A stretch of DNA of 63,177 nt, counting the filler, from Octopus bimaculoides (Eukaryota): the NCBI RefSeq assembly GCF_001194135.2. It is 8 parts of 6 records of this genome, joined end to end, with 100 filler letters (N's around TTAATTAATTAA, not from the genome) between each part and the next. Parts side by side here need not be neighbours in the genome. Positions count along the whole stretch, not along the records: positions 28,069 to 43,385 come from NC_068987.1; positions 43,486 to 45,459 come from NC_068994.1; positions 45,560 to 50,656 come from NC_069010.1; positions 50,757 to 59,465 come from NC_068986.1; 4 more parts are not named here. One strand, written 5' to 3'. The position numbers and the translations under genes are program-made. How positions within the stretch are numbered: the stretch's first letter is position 1; the number at the start of each line of letters is the position of its first letter. This document shows positions 38,631 through 51,567 of the stretch, piece after piece. Under the pieces are notes generated by a model. It was not told the origin of the DNA. It saw nothing but the letters and a program-made list of their open reading frames with translations, and did no database searches.

Positions 38631-40324
38631 TGATGTGTCTTTCCTTTGCAAGATGGTAGGGCACAAATGTGAAGGTGATTTGGTTGCTTTCCAGCTTAGT
38701 TAACAATTGATACATAATGAGTCCTTTGTTGTCCCACTCCTTTGTAAGTTAAACATGCAGCAGAATTTCAACTGAAAAATGTAAGATAAAGAAGCCCCCA
38801 TAAATTATTACCATCATTATGAGAACAAGTTGGAAGACAGTGTCAAGTTCCAATATCTGCTTTAGCATGGTTCCTACAGCTGGATGCCCTTCATCCACGT
38901 TTTAGAGTGTACTGGGTGCATTTTTATGGCACTGACACCAGTGATGTCACCAAATAACTCATATGATAGAAAAACCCTCTTCAACTGAGTGGGTTGGCAG
39001 TAGAGAGATAGGTGACTTAATGCCAAGTGTTCAGAGACTAAAGTATGGTAGAGGGACAGGCACAAGTGTCTTACTATAGAAGAGATACATAGCTATAAGG
39101 ATGGGTGAAAATTGCTGGAGAGACAAAGATTGTGGTGACAGGATGTCAGGGCATATTCTTCAAGGTATAAGAAGGTAAGAAAAAGAGTTAATAGGGACAG
39201 AGCATTTGGAAGAGTGGATGGATAAGTTTGCATGAGTGTGAGAGGAGAGTAACAGATGGTTAGATTAGGGTATTTCAACCACTTCAGGCAGGGAAGCTGG
39301 TGGGATTTATAAGTTAGTCAATAATTGAAGGTCTTATGTTGTAAATATGTATGTTCAGTTCTATTGATGGTAATGATGGTGGTGGTGGCAGTTGTCAGTG
39401 TTGTTTCACTTGAATAACATCATTGTTAATGAGCATCACCCAGTGGCAGATAATTTCAAGCACAACTCCTAGTACTGCTGCTACTACTACAAACACAGCA
39501 GCGGATTGGTAGAATCATCAGCTTCTTACACAAAATACCTTATGTTATGAGTTCCAGCTTGTTATGTTCTGAGTTCAAATTCTGCTGAGATCAACTTTGT
39601 TTTTCATTTTTCCATGAAATAAAGGACAACTCCAGTACTGAGTGCAGTATAATCAACTGTTCTCTCCCTACAAAATTCCCGGTCATGTACCTATGTTAGA
39701 AATTATTACTATGACTGAAAGATTGACAGAATTGACCAACCACTAAACAATATGCTTAACATTCTGGGTGTGCCGTTTTGTGTGTTTTTTTTTTGTGTGA
39801 AACAGAGAAGTACCACCCAAATATTTATCTCATTCTTCCTACACAACTCTATTCACCCATACTCCCTGCTGTCTAGTCCCCAAACACTTCTGTTCACTTC
39901 ATATCTTGAGGGTTCACTCAGCCACCTCATCATCATTAATTTTACCTCTTTCCATCTTCACCTCAGTTACTCCTACCCTCTCTTCTATAATGTGAGTAAC
40001 CATGTAATTCTTCTACAGCAAGAAACTTACTGTGGCTCCTTCTCTCATATTTTAACTTTGCATTTCTATCAAAAGGCCACCTTGCTCTCTACTGTAGCCC
40101 TTCTTAGTTAAAGGGGATCTTAGTCTTGAAAGCTACATGGTGACCTCATTAGTGCTGGTGCCATGTAAAAAGTACCTAGTACACACCGTAAAGTGGTTGA
40201 CATTAGAAAGGATATCCAGTTATAGAAACCATGCCAAAGTAGAGAATAGAATACAATGTAATCTTAAAACTTGTCACTTCTTATCAAATTGTCTTACCCA
40301 TGCCAGCATAGCATATAAATGTTA

Positions 40325-41553
40325 TTAGGTCATCAAGTGTGAAATTTGAAGTATGACAACTGCTCAATTTGTGTCATTATTATATTTTGACAATCTTTAT
40401 TTTTTGCTAGAAAGCTGACATCTATTTCTTTATTCTAACTCATTTTGCACTTTATAAAGTATTTATAAATCGTTTTTCGCTATTTTTGTTTAGAGATGAA
40501 TAAGTCGGAAATTCATACAGTTTTGAAATATGAGATCTTTCTTGGAAATACAGCCTCACAGACAACTCAGAATATTAATGGAATATTTCATTCTCATGTT
40601 ATTACTCAGAAGAGAGTATCAAATTGGTTTGCAAAATCTTGTTCTGGTAACTTTGACCTCACAAATGAGCAACGCAGTCGACCAGAAACAAAGGTGGATA
40701 ATGATGAACTGAAAGCCACCATCAAGTCAGATCCATCTCAAAGTGCCCGTAAATTATTATTGTTGTTTGGTGTTAGTATGTAAACAATATTGACTCACCT
40801 AGTTCAAATCGGTAATGGGAAGAAGTTGGATAAGTTCCACATGAACTCAATGAAAATCAGAAACAGCAACATTTGGAAGCCTGCATTATGCTACTTTCTC
40901 ATCACAAAAATGAATCATGTGAGGAGAAATGGATCCAATACAACAAACAACTGTAAACGTTCAGCACAATGGTTGAACAAAGACGAGCTTCCAAAACACA
41001 GTCCAAAAAGCAAAATTCATCAAAAGAAGCTGATGGTGGTCTGGCACAGGTGTGATCCATTATGATTTCATTAAACCTAGCTCATCAATCACAGCCGAAG
41101 TATACTGCAGCAAACTGGACCAAATGATGCAGAAACTTACAAAAAACAGCCTAGATTCGTCGACAGATCCACTCTTATTTTATTGCAAGACAACGCCAGA
41201 CCACACATCACAAAAATGACATGGCGAAACTACAGAAGTTGGAGTTGGAAGTTCTCCATCATCCACCATACTCACCTGATTTTGCCCCCACTGACTACCA
41301 CTTCTTCCAGAATTTGGATAATTTTTTGATAAGGAAAAAATTTTATTCCAATGATGCTGTAAAGCAGGCCTTCCAAAATTTTATTGACTCTAGATTGCCA
41401 GGCTTTTACAGTTACAAGCTAGACAAGCTACTGCTGATATGGCAAAAGTGTATTGAAAATATGGATGCATACTTTAATGAATAAAACTATTGTATTTATA
41501 AAACATTAGCAAACTGTTTTTCTTTTCTACAAATTTCATACTTGATGACCTAG
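40325..41553 (+). mobile_element. full-length decayed mariner in the last zyg-11 intron
   Basis: TIRs ttaggtcatcaagtgtgaaatttg and caaatttcatacttgatgacctag with TA on both flanks. Transposase pieces MNKSEIH.., LQDNARPH and HPPYSPDFAPTDYHFF, with stops and frameshifts. Confidence 0.92.
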
Positions 41554-41777
41554 TAAATAATAATGATCTTCCAAAATTTTAGGTCTAGTACATAAACTGG
41601 AAACCATTAAAAGTTGTGGTAGATGGTGAAGGACTAAATATTTCTTGTAGTAGTTATATCTTCCTCATGTCAATACAATTTTTGACCTAGGTTAAAAATC
41701 CTGATTAGTGTTACTTGTTATAAAATCTTAATCAGCATTATATTTAATTAACAACAATTGTCTGTATATATTTTCAG

Positions 41778-41938
41778 GAGACCGTTACTGCCCGATGTTA
41801 CACAGAGAGAAGGGTTTTGATATCTTGTTTGAGCTGGTCTGCAACAAGAACACAGAACCAGAAGTGTACAGACTTGCTGAGAATGTCCTTTTATTGATGA
41901 AACCACACATACAGAACTGCAGTTCTCAGTACTCATAG
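41778..41938 (+). CDS. ZYG11B: zyg-11-like, last coding exon with TAG stop
   Basis: Acceptor tatattttcag|. 2 nt plus 53 codons: DRYCPMLHREKGFDILFELVCNKNTEPEVYRLAENVLLLMKPHIQNCSSQYS*, aligning to recalled ZYG11B SRYCSMLIEEGGLQHL...TDPHVQQIAVAIL. Confidence 0.88.
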
Positions 41939-42595
41939 GATGGACTCACTTCCATGGGTGGTACTTCATTTACCACCATGTCCCATACTCTACTGTCTTA
42001 TGGTAACTAACACACCACCATGTCTCCCTTCCCACACTATATTGTTCCATGTCCTAGCCCACTTCTCACCCATCTTCTTCTCCTACTCCCAAATTTACAT
42101 ATACACAATACTGAAATTAGAGCAGGGATGCACGTATACACTCATACACACATTTGCTCATTTGCATACATGCAGATACACATGAAAGCATCACACAAGC
42201 ATACACTCATAAACCTACATACAGACTCAGTCATTCAGTTATGCATGCACAATGATACATGCACACTGGCATACATGCATATGTACTTGTACATCAGCAA
42301 GCATATATGTATGTATACTTATGCATGAATGCACACACAAAAGATGCATGCATATATGAACATGATCTTCATAAACACATTCAAATATATGTAAGCACAC
42401 ATCCATCAACATTTGTGCACACGAGCAGTTTTTTGCATGCACCAACATACACACTGGACTCATAAACACACACACTGCACAACTATTAAATATACTGCAA
42501 CAATACAACTGGTTCTATGTTAAAACTGGTTTTAACACCTTTTTTTTTTCCTTGCCCTCAATATCTTTCCACTTCCCCCTTTTTTTTAAAATAAA
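41939..42595 (+). other. probable 3' UTR of the zyg-11-like gene, ending near a candidate AATAAA (42590-42595)
   Basis: Follows the stop codon. CA-rich low-complexity sequence, then an AATAAA in a T-rich context. The true end cannot be determined from sequence alone. Confidence 0.3.
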
Positions 42596-43584
42596 TTATT
42601 TTATGATTATTCTTCTCCAGTAAAGGTTTTCTTAAATACATTCACTGTGGAAGTTTCTGGAATACAATCATTTTAATTGGAAAATAAAATTTTAAAAAAT
42701 GAAAAGTAACTTTGTTATTTTGTAAGAAAAAAAACTTTTTATTTATTTATTTGAAGAAATTTAAAGCAAGCACACACATGCATACACAGTAAGACACACA
42801 AACACATATCCCACACAGTGACGCATATGTATACACACACTCACACTGTTATAGATATCACACACACACATACATACATATTGTATGCACATATGCAAAA
42901 ACAAATGATTTCCTAAAATATTCACATATCTGGCTCCTCAGATGTGTTCAGGCTTTCGGTCTTTCAGTCTTAATTATGGACAGTTACTTGGCTTCTTTCT
43001 TCCATACACTTGGTAGTTCATCCATCACCAACCTACATCTGTTACCAAGTAAAATACTAATTTCCATGGAATATGCGTGTGTGTGTTGTAATAATGAAAT
43101 CAAACCATATAGTGATATTTTGAAATCATTTAATATGCATTTCAGGTTTGTGTAATATATAATAGGAAATGCATCCATTGTGCAAGACCTTCCTCAATTA
43201 AAACATTTCAAAATATATATTATGCAAATCTGAACTGTAGTTATTAAATGATTTCAAAATATCACTATTTGGTTTGACTTCATTTTTACAACTTATGCAA
43301 TGCCATTTTTATTTTTATGCTGACTACCTGATAAAAATCATTAATGTGATTTTATCCTTCTATTCTATATATTATTTATATATATNNNNNNNNNNNNNNN
43401 NNNNNNNNNNNNNNNNNNNNNNNNNNNNNTTAATTAATTAANNNNNNNNNNNNNNNNNNNNNNNNNNNNNNNNNNNNNNNNNNNNAAACAGACAGACAGA
43501 GTAGAAGAAGAAAGAGAAAGATATACTGTGAAATATTACAAAGAATTAATGGAAGTTGAACACAGATACAGAAGTGATGTAGAG

Positions 43585-43649
43585 AGAGGGAGAGGGACAG
43601 AAAGAGGGAGAGGGACAGAAAGAGGGAGAGGGACAGAAAGAGGGAGAGG
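43585..43649. repeat. 18-bp purine minisatellite (agagggagagggacagaa) x3.5
   Basis: Exact tandem units are visible. Confidence 0.9.
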
Positions 43650-43845
43650 TGTAGAGAGATTGAGAGAGAGTAAAGAGGGGTGGGAAAGTGAGAGGAAGAG
43701 AGGGAGAAAGAAAGGCATGAAGAAAAAGAGAAAGATATAATTTCTGCCAACAGTAAGAGCTAAGGTTATCGTTATTGTAATATTTAACCATGGAAAGGAA
43801 ATATCAACACAGACACTGCTTATCACACACACGCACACACACATA

Positions 43846-43884
<39 letters not shown>

Positions 43885-44437
43885 ACGCACAGAGACGTGT
43901 ATGCTTGAGAATGTATGCACATGTATGAATGTGTGTGTGAAACTATGCGTGTTTATATATATATATATGTACATGTATGTGTGTATGTGTCTATGCACAC
44001 ACACACATACGACTGTGTATCTCTCTCTCACTGCATATATATATATAAATATATATATATANNNNNNNNNNNNNNNNNNNNNNNNNNNNNNNNNNNNNNN
44101 NNNNNNNNNNNNNNNNNNNNNNNNNNNNNNNNNNNNNNNNNNNNNNNNNNNNNNNNNNNNNNNNNNNNNNNNNNNNNNNNNNNNNNNNNNNNNNNNNNNN
44201 NNNNNNNNNNNNNNNNNNNNNNNNNNNNNNNNNNNNNNNNNNNNNNNNNNNNNNNNNNNNNNNNTATATATAGGCGACACACACCGTACATACGTATATG
44301 TGTATATAATAAACCTTGCGTAACACATTTACAAAAATACGTGTATGTATATATATAACTATATTTTATACACATACACACACAAGCATGTAGTTATGGC
44401 ACGTTTATCTGCCTCTCTCTCTCTCTCTCTCTCTTTA

Positions 44438-44475
<38 letters not shown>

Positions 44476-45021
44476 CACTCTCATTATGACGTACTCTCTC
44501 CTACCATGTGTGTGTGTGTGAGTGTATCTAGGCAGGTAGGTATGTATGTATGTGCGGGACGGTTTTATGTGTATATATATATATACGTGGGTCCGCCTAT
44601 ACGTTCACCTTTTGTGTGGTAGAAATGTATGTGCGTGCACAAATGCAGGCACACAATGTACGAACATGCAAATACGCAGCATGGTCCATTCAAGACACAT
44701 TGGTCACCATAGAAACTAAATTGCTGAGCAGCCATTATAACAGTTACCAAAATCTTGCTAGCTTCTCCTGTGGTATATTATAGTAAGAACTTTCTGCAAC
44801 AATACACTGCAGACATTTTGGTGTCTTAAAACTTCTCATCTACAACCACAAGAAATCTGTATTACGTGCGTTAATATGAAGAGATTTGGTTTTCATACAC
44901 ATAGAGATGAATATCTCTCTATATATACTCGCATAACTCGTATGTGTTTGTGTGTGTGTATGTGTGTATGTTTGTGTGTGTATGTGTGTAAGATGAGTGA
45001 AAGAATAAGAGTAAGTCATAA

Positions 45022-45110
<89 letters not shown>

Positions 45111-45358
45111 ATGAAGGTAACATAAAGAAAGACAGGCTCTGACAGGTTTTAATGCTCCGATACACCGTATATTACGTGTACACTCGTATGGCATCAGTCG
45201 GAGTTCAAGTCTCAAAGAACTACACAATGAAGGATGTATAGGCGTGTGCGTATGTGTGTGTATGCGTGTTTGTTTGTATGGATGGATGTAAACACTCACT
45301 TACACACACAACCCCAGCATAGCCACAGCTCATGAGCTGAAACTAGATAAAATGAAAA

Positions 45359-45409
<51 letters not shown>

Positions 45410-46079
45410 TATACTTACATATCTTAGGCACATGTAAATGTACATGTAGATATATGTAGNNNNNNNNNNNNNNNNNNNNNNNNNNNNNNNNNNNNNNNNN
45501 NNNTTAATTAATTAANNNNNNNNNNNNNNNNNNNNNNNNNNNNNNNNNNNNNNNNNNNNTGTCATCACCATCACCACCATCAAACCAAGAAATTTTTTTT
45601 TAAATAACAGACAACTAGAAAACCCTTTAAGTACCTTCTAAATCCCTTTAGGATAGAAAATGGACTGAAGAAAAGGGGACAGAGATGAAAAAAGAGAGAG
45701 AGAGAGGGACCCCTATTTAGTTGAGAAATAATGGGTTCAGTGATAAAATGAATTTCTAACACCATCAGAAATGATAGCAGCAGTAAAGGACATCCCTTCA
45801 CAATCCCCTACCTCCACCACTGTCACTAGCTACCCCTTAGTTACCCTCAGTCACCCCTTTTTTTTTACATCTAGTCATGTCATCCTCTGTGTGTGTGTCT
45901 GTGTGTGTGTCTGTGTGTGTATTGATTTTGTGTGTCAGTCAGCCAGTCAGCTTACCCCACTTTTCACCCACCTGACCTTATTCAGGTCCAGGTGACCTGC
46001 TAGTAATAACAGCTAAATCATACCCTACCTACTATCACAGAAACAAAAGCGGTGTGATCCTATCTATCATCTTCTTTTA

Positions 46080-46575
46080 TCTTTTACTCGTTTCATTCGT
46101 TAGACTGAGGCCATGCTGTGGCATCACTTTGAAGGGTTTCGGTTGAACAACTCGACCCCAGTGCTTTTCGTTTTATTCTTTTACTTGTTTCAGTCATTTG
46201 ACTGAAGCCATGCTGGAGCACTACCTTAACGGGTTTTAGTCGAAGAAATCGACCCCCAGGACTTTATTCTTGGCAAGCTTAGTATTTATTCTACGGGTCT
46301 CTTTAGCCAAACTGCTAAGTAGCAAGAACAGAAACACACCAACATCGGTTGTCAAGTGATGGTGGGGTAACAAACACACACACATACACACATAACAGGC
46401 TTCCTCCACTTTCCGTCTGCCAAATCCACTCACAAGGCTTTGGTCGGCCCGAGGCTATAGTAGAAGACATTTGCCCAAGGTGCCACACAGTGGGACTGAA
46501 CCAGGAACCATGGAGTTGGGAAGNNNNNNNNNNTGGGACTGAACCAGGAACCATGGAGTTGGGAAGCAAGCTTCT
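46080..46575 (-). mobile_element. tRNA-derived SINE, family A
   Basis: Same tail and head (gggactgaaccaggaaccatg = reverse B-box) as 6985-7345, with a duplicated tail segment. Confidence 0.8.
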
Positions 46576-47017
46576 TTATTTCATAAATATTTGCCATAAA
46601 GGCATTACAAAGAGGGGACGAACAAGTACAGACAAACATAAAAGGGGTGAAGTAGCTGTATGGATTAAATATTTACAATTTTAAATATATAATAATAATT
46701 TGATTATATTTACAATGTTCGATTAAAGCATTGCTCATTACAGATGCAATTTGTAATGGCTTTCCTGAAGGATAGGCATCCGACCACCAGGGTAGACCCC
46801 TTGCCTTTTTCTTTCCCTTGTTTTTGGCTCCCACTTACCTGGTGCCACAGCCATGCCTGTGCCTGTTTCTTTGTATGTTTTTTTTTGTTTTTTTTTAAAG
46901 TCCGGTACTTATTATGTTGGTCTCTTTTGCTGAACCACCAAGTCATGTGAACATAAACAAACAAATACCAGTTGTCAAGCAGTGAGGGTGCGGGGGTGAA
47001 CACAGACACACTTAACA

Positions 47018-47260
47018 AGGTGACGAGCTGGCAGAAATGTTAGCACGCCAGGCGAAATACTGCTAAGCAGTATTTCGTCTGCCACTATGATCTGAGTTCA
47101 AATTCCGCCAAGGTCGATTTTACCTTTCATCCTTTCGGGGTTGATTAACTAAGTACCAGTTACGTATTGGGGGTCGTTGTAATCGACTTAATCCCTTTGT
47201 CAGTCCTTGTTTGTCCCCTCTGTGTTTAGCCCCTTGTGGGCAGTAAAGAAATAAGAAGCA
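47018..47260 (+). mobile_element. tRNA-derived SINE, family B
   Basis: ggtgacgagctggcagaaatgttagcacgccaggcgaaa...gagttcaaattccgcc (A/B boxes). Other copies at about 61050-61210, 9955-10205 and 39485-39700 (+), and 8275-8470 and 55480-55700 (-). Confidence 0.8.
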
Positions 47261-47599
47261 CTTAACTATAGATCTCTATACACACAGACAAGGGGAGGTA
47301 AACCAAATCTCCCTCAAACCACATCCACCTGAGATGAGACAGGTGTCATTACATAATCAAGTCCTCATACACACACCTGAACAGGTGCTGGCAGTCAAAA
47401 TGGGATGGTCTGTGGGGAACCAGAGCAAACAGGGGACTACACAAGCACATAACTTTATTCACTCCAGAGCACTAACTGGACGAAAAGTAAGGGTGAGACA
47501 GAGAAAACTTAGGGAAACGGACAGAGAGGCCCCATCTTCAGACAACAAAGAAGGGTCAATTTGTTACTGGGGGCAACTAAACAGGAATTAGATCCAACA

Positions 47600-47790
47600 A
47601 CATAGAGTGATAGAAAATGCAAAATGTACAGCCTGTTCTCTGCAGCCACAGCCCTTGTTTCACTGCCATGCAGCAGGACTGTTCGTACGCAGGCATCATA
47701 CAATCTGCCTTGCAATCTTTGAGAGAGGCCGCTTGTTGCCAACAAGAGTAAAAGCTCTCTGAATTTTGCCCAGCCCATTCTTATTCTAAT
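47600..47790 (-). mobile_element. RTE RT fragment
   Basis: MGWAKFRELLLLLATSGLSQRLQGRLYDACVRTVLLHGSETRA. Confidence 0.8.
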
Positions 47791-49080
47791 AACTACACTT
47801 TCAGAGCTTCCTCCTCCACTGATAACTTATATTATATATATATATATATATATATNNNNNNNNNNNNNNNNNNNNNNNNNNNNNNNNNNNNNNNNNNNNN
47901 NNNNNNNNNNNNNNNNNNNNNNNNNNNNNNNNNNNNNNNNNNNNNNNNNNNNNNNNNNNNNNNNNNNNNNNNNNNNNNNNNNNNNNNNNNNNNNNNNNNN
48001 NNNNNNNNNNNNNNNNNNNNNNNNNNNNNNNNNNNNNNNNNNNNNNNNNNNNNNNNNNNNNNNNNNNNNNNNNNNNNNNNNNNNNNNNNNNNNNNNNNNN
48101 NNNNNNNNNNNNNNNNNNNNNNNNNNNNNNNNNNNNNNNNNNNNNNNNNNNNNNNNNNNNNNNNNNNNNNNNNNNNNNNNNNNNNNNNNNNNNNNNNNNN
48201 NNNNNNNNNNNNNNNNNNNNNNNNNNNNNNNNNNNNNNNNNNNNNNNNNNNNNNNNNNNNNNNNNNNNNNNNNNNNNNNNNNNNNNNNATATATATACAT
48301 GGCGGTGCCCCAGCATGGCCACAGCTCATGAGCTAAAACTAGATAAAATGAAAATATATATATATATATAAAGAGACTGATAGAATAAGTACTAGGCTTA
48401 CAAAAAATAAGTTTAGGGGTTGAGTTGTTTGACTAAAGGCAGTGCTCCAGCATGGCCGCAGTCAAATGACTGAAACAAGTAAAAGAATATATGTGTATAT
48501 ATATGTATCCCTTTATTTCTAAGGGTTCTGTAATACTCCTTAAGGTTTTTAATCCCTCTTCTCTCCTACATCAACATTCTTCCCCCAGCTCCATCCAGCA
48601 AGAGGGTGGTGGGGACAGAGCAGAAATAAGGGCCTGTTTGCAGGTGCTCCCAGATAGAAGAAAGATGATAATTATGGAGGGAGAAACTAGAAGTGGGGGT
48701 GGGAATGGTGACTGTAATGGTGAAGGTAGTGGTGGTGGAGGAGGAGGACAAACCAGGAAGATGTGTGACTTGTGGTCAAGGAAAGTCCAGGTCAGGAAGT
48801 TCAGTGGTCATAGCTAGCTGGCTAGCTAGCTATTCAGTGACCCCTAAACTAGACCCCTACACATCATATTGGCTGCTGGACCCATTACACAGGGAAGCTA
48901 CCCCTATCAAACCTTTGTTACAATAACCTTTTCTATGTGGACATACATGTATGCACTAATCTGTCTATGTCTATATGAGGGTATGGGCTCTATATGAAGG
49001 TATGTATGCATGTAGATGTAGGTTTGCATGCGTATAGTCCAATACACACACACACACACACACAAAGATATATATATATA

Positions 49081-49221
49081 AACATAATTAAGGGATCAGC
49101 AAATATTTGCTTCACCATATACCGAAGTGATGCTATCTGTGGGATTCTCAGCTTTTTTAGCTGCTATTTCTGAACTTCGGTATATGGTGAAGCAAATATT
49201 TGCTGATCCCTTAATTATGTT
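49081..49221. repeat. perfect 48-bp inverted repeat with 45-nt spacer (hairpin, MITE-like)
   Basis: 49081-49128 aacataattaagggatcagcaaatatttgcttcaccatataccgaagt is the exact reverse complement of 49174-49221. Confidence 0.95.
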
Positions 49222-49357
49222 TATAAATATATATGAGCTTTTAAATAAGTTCTCCACCAATAATGGTGCTTACATACCGATGGGCTTGGTAAAAATTATT
49301 AATTGTTAATTGATTTATTAATTAATAAATTGATAATCCTTTACCCTTTTAATTTGT

Positions 49358-49828
49358 ACATACATACATACATACATACATACATACATACATACATACA
49401 TACATACATACATACATACATACATNNNNNNNNNNNNNNNNNNNNNNNNNNNNNNNNNNNNNNNNNNNNNNNNNNNNNNNNNNNNNNNNNNNNNNNNNNN
49501 NNNNNNNNNNNNNNNNNNNNNNNNNNNNNNNNNNNNNNNNNNNNNNNNNNNNNNNNNNNNNNNNNNNNNNNNNNNNNNNNNNNNNNNNNNNNNNNNNNNN
49601 NNNNNNNNNNNNNNNNNNNNNNNNNNNNNNNNNNNNNNNNNNNNNNNNNNNNNNNNNNNNNNNNNNNNNNNNNNNNNNNNNNNNNNNNNNNNNNNNNNNN
49701 NNNNNNNNNNNNNNNNNNNNNNNNNNNNNNNNNNNNNACATACATACATACATACATACATACATACATACATACATACATACATACATACATACATACA
49801 TACATACATACATACATACATACATACA

Positions 49829-49858
<30 letters not shown>
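49358..49858. repeat. (TACA)n microsatellite spanning a gap
   Basis: Direct reading. Confidence 0.95.
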
Positions 49859-49860
<2 letters not shown>

Positions 49861-49922
49861 GCTTCGGGCTGACCAAAGCCCTGTGAGTGGATTCGGCAGA
49901 CAGAAACTGAAAGAAGCCTGCC

Positions 49923-49969
<47 letters not shown>

Positions 49970-50622
49970 TGTATGTATGTTTGTATGTATGTATGTATGT
50001 ATGTATATAAGTATATGTGGCCCCTAGCAAATGACTGAAAGAAGAAAAGGAATAACACACACACACACACACACACACATATAAATATGGATATGTATGT
50101 ATGGGATAGTGTTACAAATGTGTCATACACACAAAAACAGAAAAGTGGAGTGGCCTATGAGTGTGTGTGTGTGTATGTATGTGCATATATATATATATAT
50201 ACATACTCACACAGACACAGAGACAGACACACACAAAGACATACAGGATAATGTATGTTATGTGTGGTGTTGTTGTTGTTGTTGCAGATAATACATCAGA
50301 GAGGGAACTTCTTGACAAATACACAAGTAACAGAAGTGAGCCTCATCACTATGAGAGAAGCTGGCAAAGAGGGGGAAGAGGGGATGAAAGAGCTCAGGGA
50401 TAAGAGAGAGAGGTTAATGAACACTTGAGAAGAGTGACCTGCTTATTGTTGTAGTGGTAAGCTCTACTTATGGGTCTGTAGTGCGTCTGTGTGTGTATTT
50501 ATTTATGAGATGTACCATGTGTATGGATAGATACATGCTTATGGACTGAGACCTCCAAACATTATATATAAAAGTGAGTGTATATATACATATATATATG
50601 TGTGTCCATATGTATGTATGAA

Positions 50623-50656
<34 letters not shown>

Positions 50657-51049
50657 NNNNNNNNNNNNNNNNNNNNNNNNNNNNNNNNNNNNNNNNNNNN
50701 TTAATTAATTAANNNNNNNNNNNNNNNNNNNNNNNNNNNNNNNNNNNNNNNNNNNNTATCACCCCTTCCTTTTTCATTCATAAACACAAGAGTATTATTA
50801 TAGTAGATTATCTCGGTAACCATGGGAGCTATGAAAAATATACAAAGCCCAGCATCACCACCAGATCATTCTACACATCTGTGTAATTTTTCGCGCAATT
50901 CCACCCAGCCGTTTGACTGTGAATCCCAAGACAAGAAAGAATCGTCCATGTCAAATTTTTAGTGAAAAGTGGGTTATACATCTTTAGATGTATACCTGAC
51001 TTTCCTATATAAAATCAGAAATTAACGGAACGCTGAACTCCAGACTATC

Positions 51050-51335
51050 AACACAAACAACATTTATTCAAGGTGGAATATATACATCTTTAGCTCTTGT
51101 TTGTTGAGACGTCTTCTGTGTGTGTGAGTATGGTTGTTGGGACGTTGGTATGTAGATGTGAGCGAGCTGTCTAGCGTAAGTTCGAAAGATGGAGAGAGAC
51201 AGCTAAACACGTCCTTGCTCAATCGCTGGCCAGCAAGAAATAGACAGATCAAAGCGGGAAAGCTTGGTTGTTGAATTCCACGCATGCGTGAGACTACGCA
51301 TGCGTGAGACTACGCATGCGCACAGCGTTACTACA
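51050..51335. promoter_or_regulatory. candidate promoter with tandem NRF1-like palindromes
   Basis: acgcatgcgtgagact x2 plus acgcatgcgcac (51280-51323), followed by an ACTACAA motif, in CpG-retaining unique sequence. Confidence 0.45.
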
Positions 51336-51567
51336 AATTTATGCATAGATATTACGTATTGAACTCACTCTCTCATACAATGTTACCCCACATAGCTCTC
51401 TCTCTCTTTGTATCTCTCTCTCTCTCTCTCTCTTTCTCACATATTTACTACTTCTCTTACTTCATTGTCTCTAAACCAGTTTCATTCTTCCCAATGTTTC
51501 TATTGGTGTCATTTAAAAAACAAAATACTGTTAGTCTTCGGCGAAAATAACAATTACATCATACTTT

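Noticed and set aside
50800-50960. Short ORFs on both strands near the candidate promoter (MDDSFLSWDSQSNGWVELREKLHRCVE* on minus; MGAMKNIQSP... on plus)
   Set aside because: Under 50 aa, unrecognised and without convincing donors. They cannot be supported as CDS.
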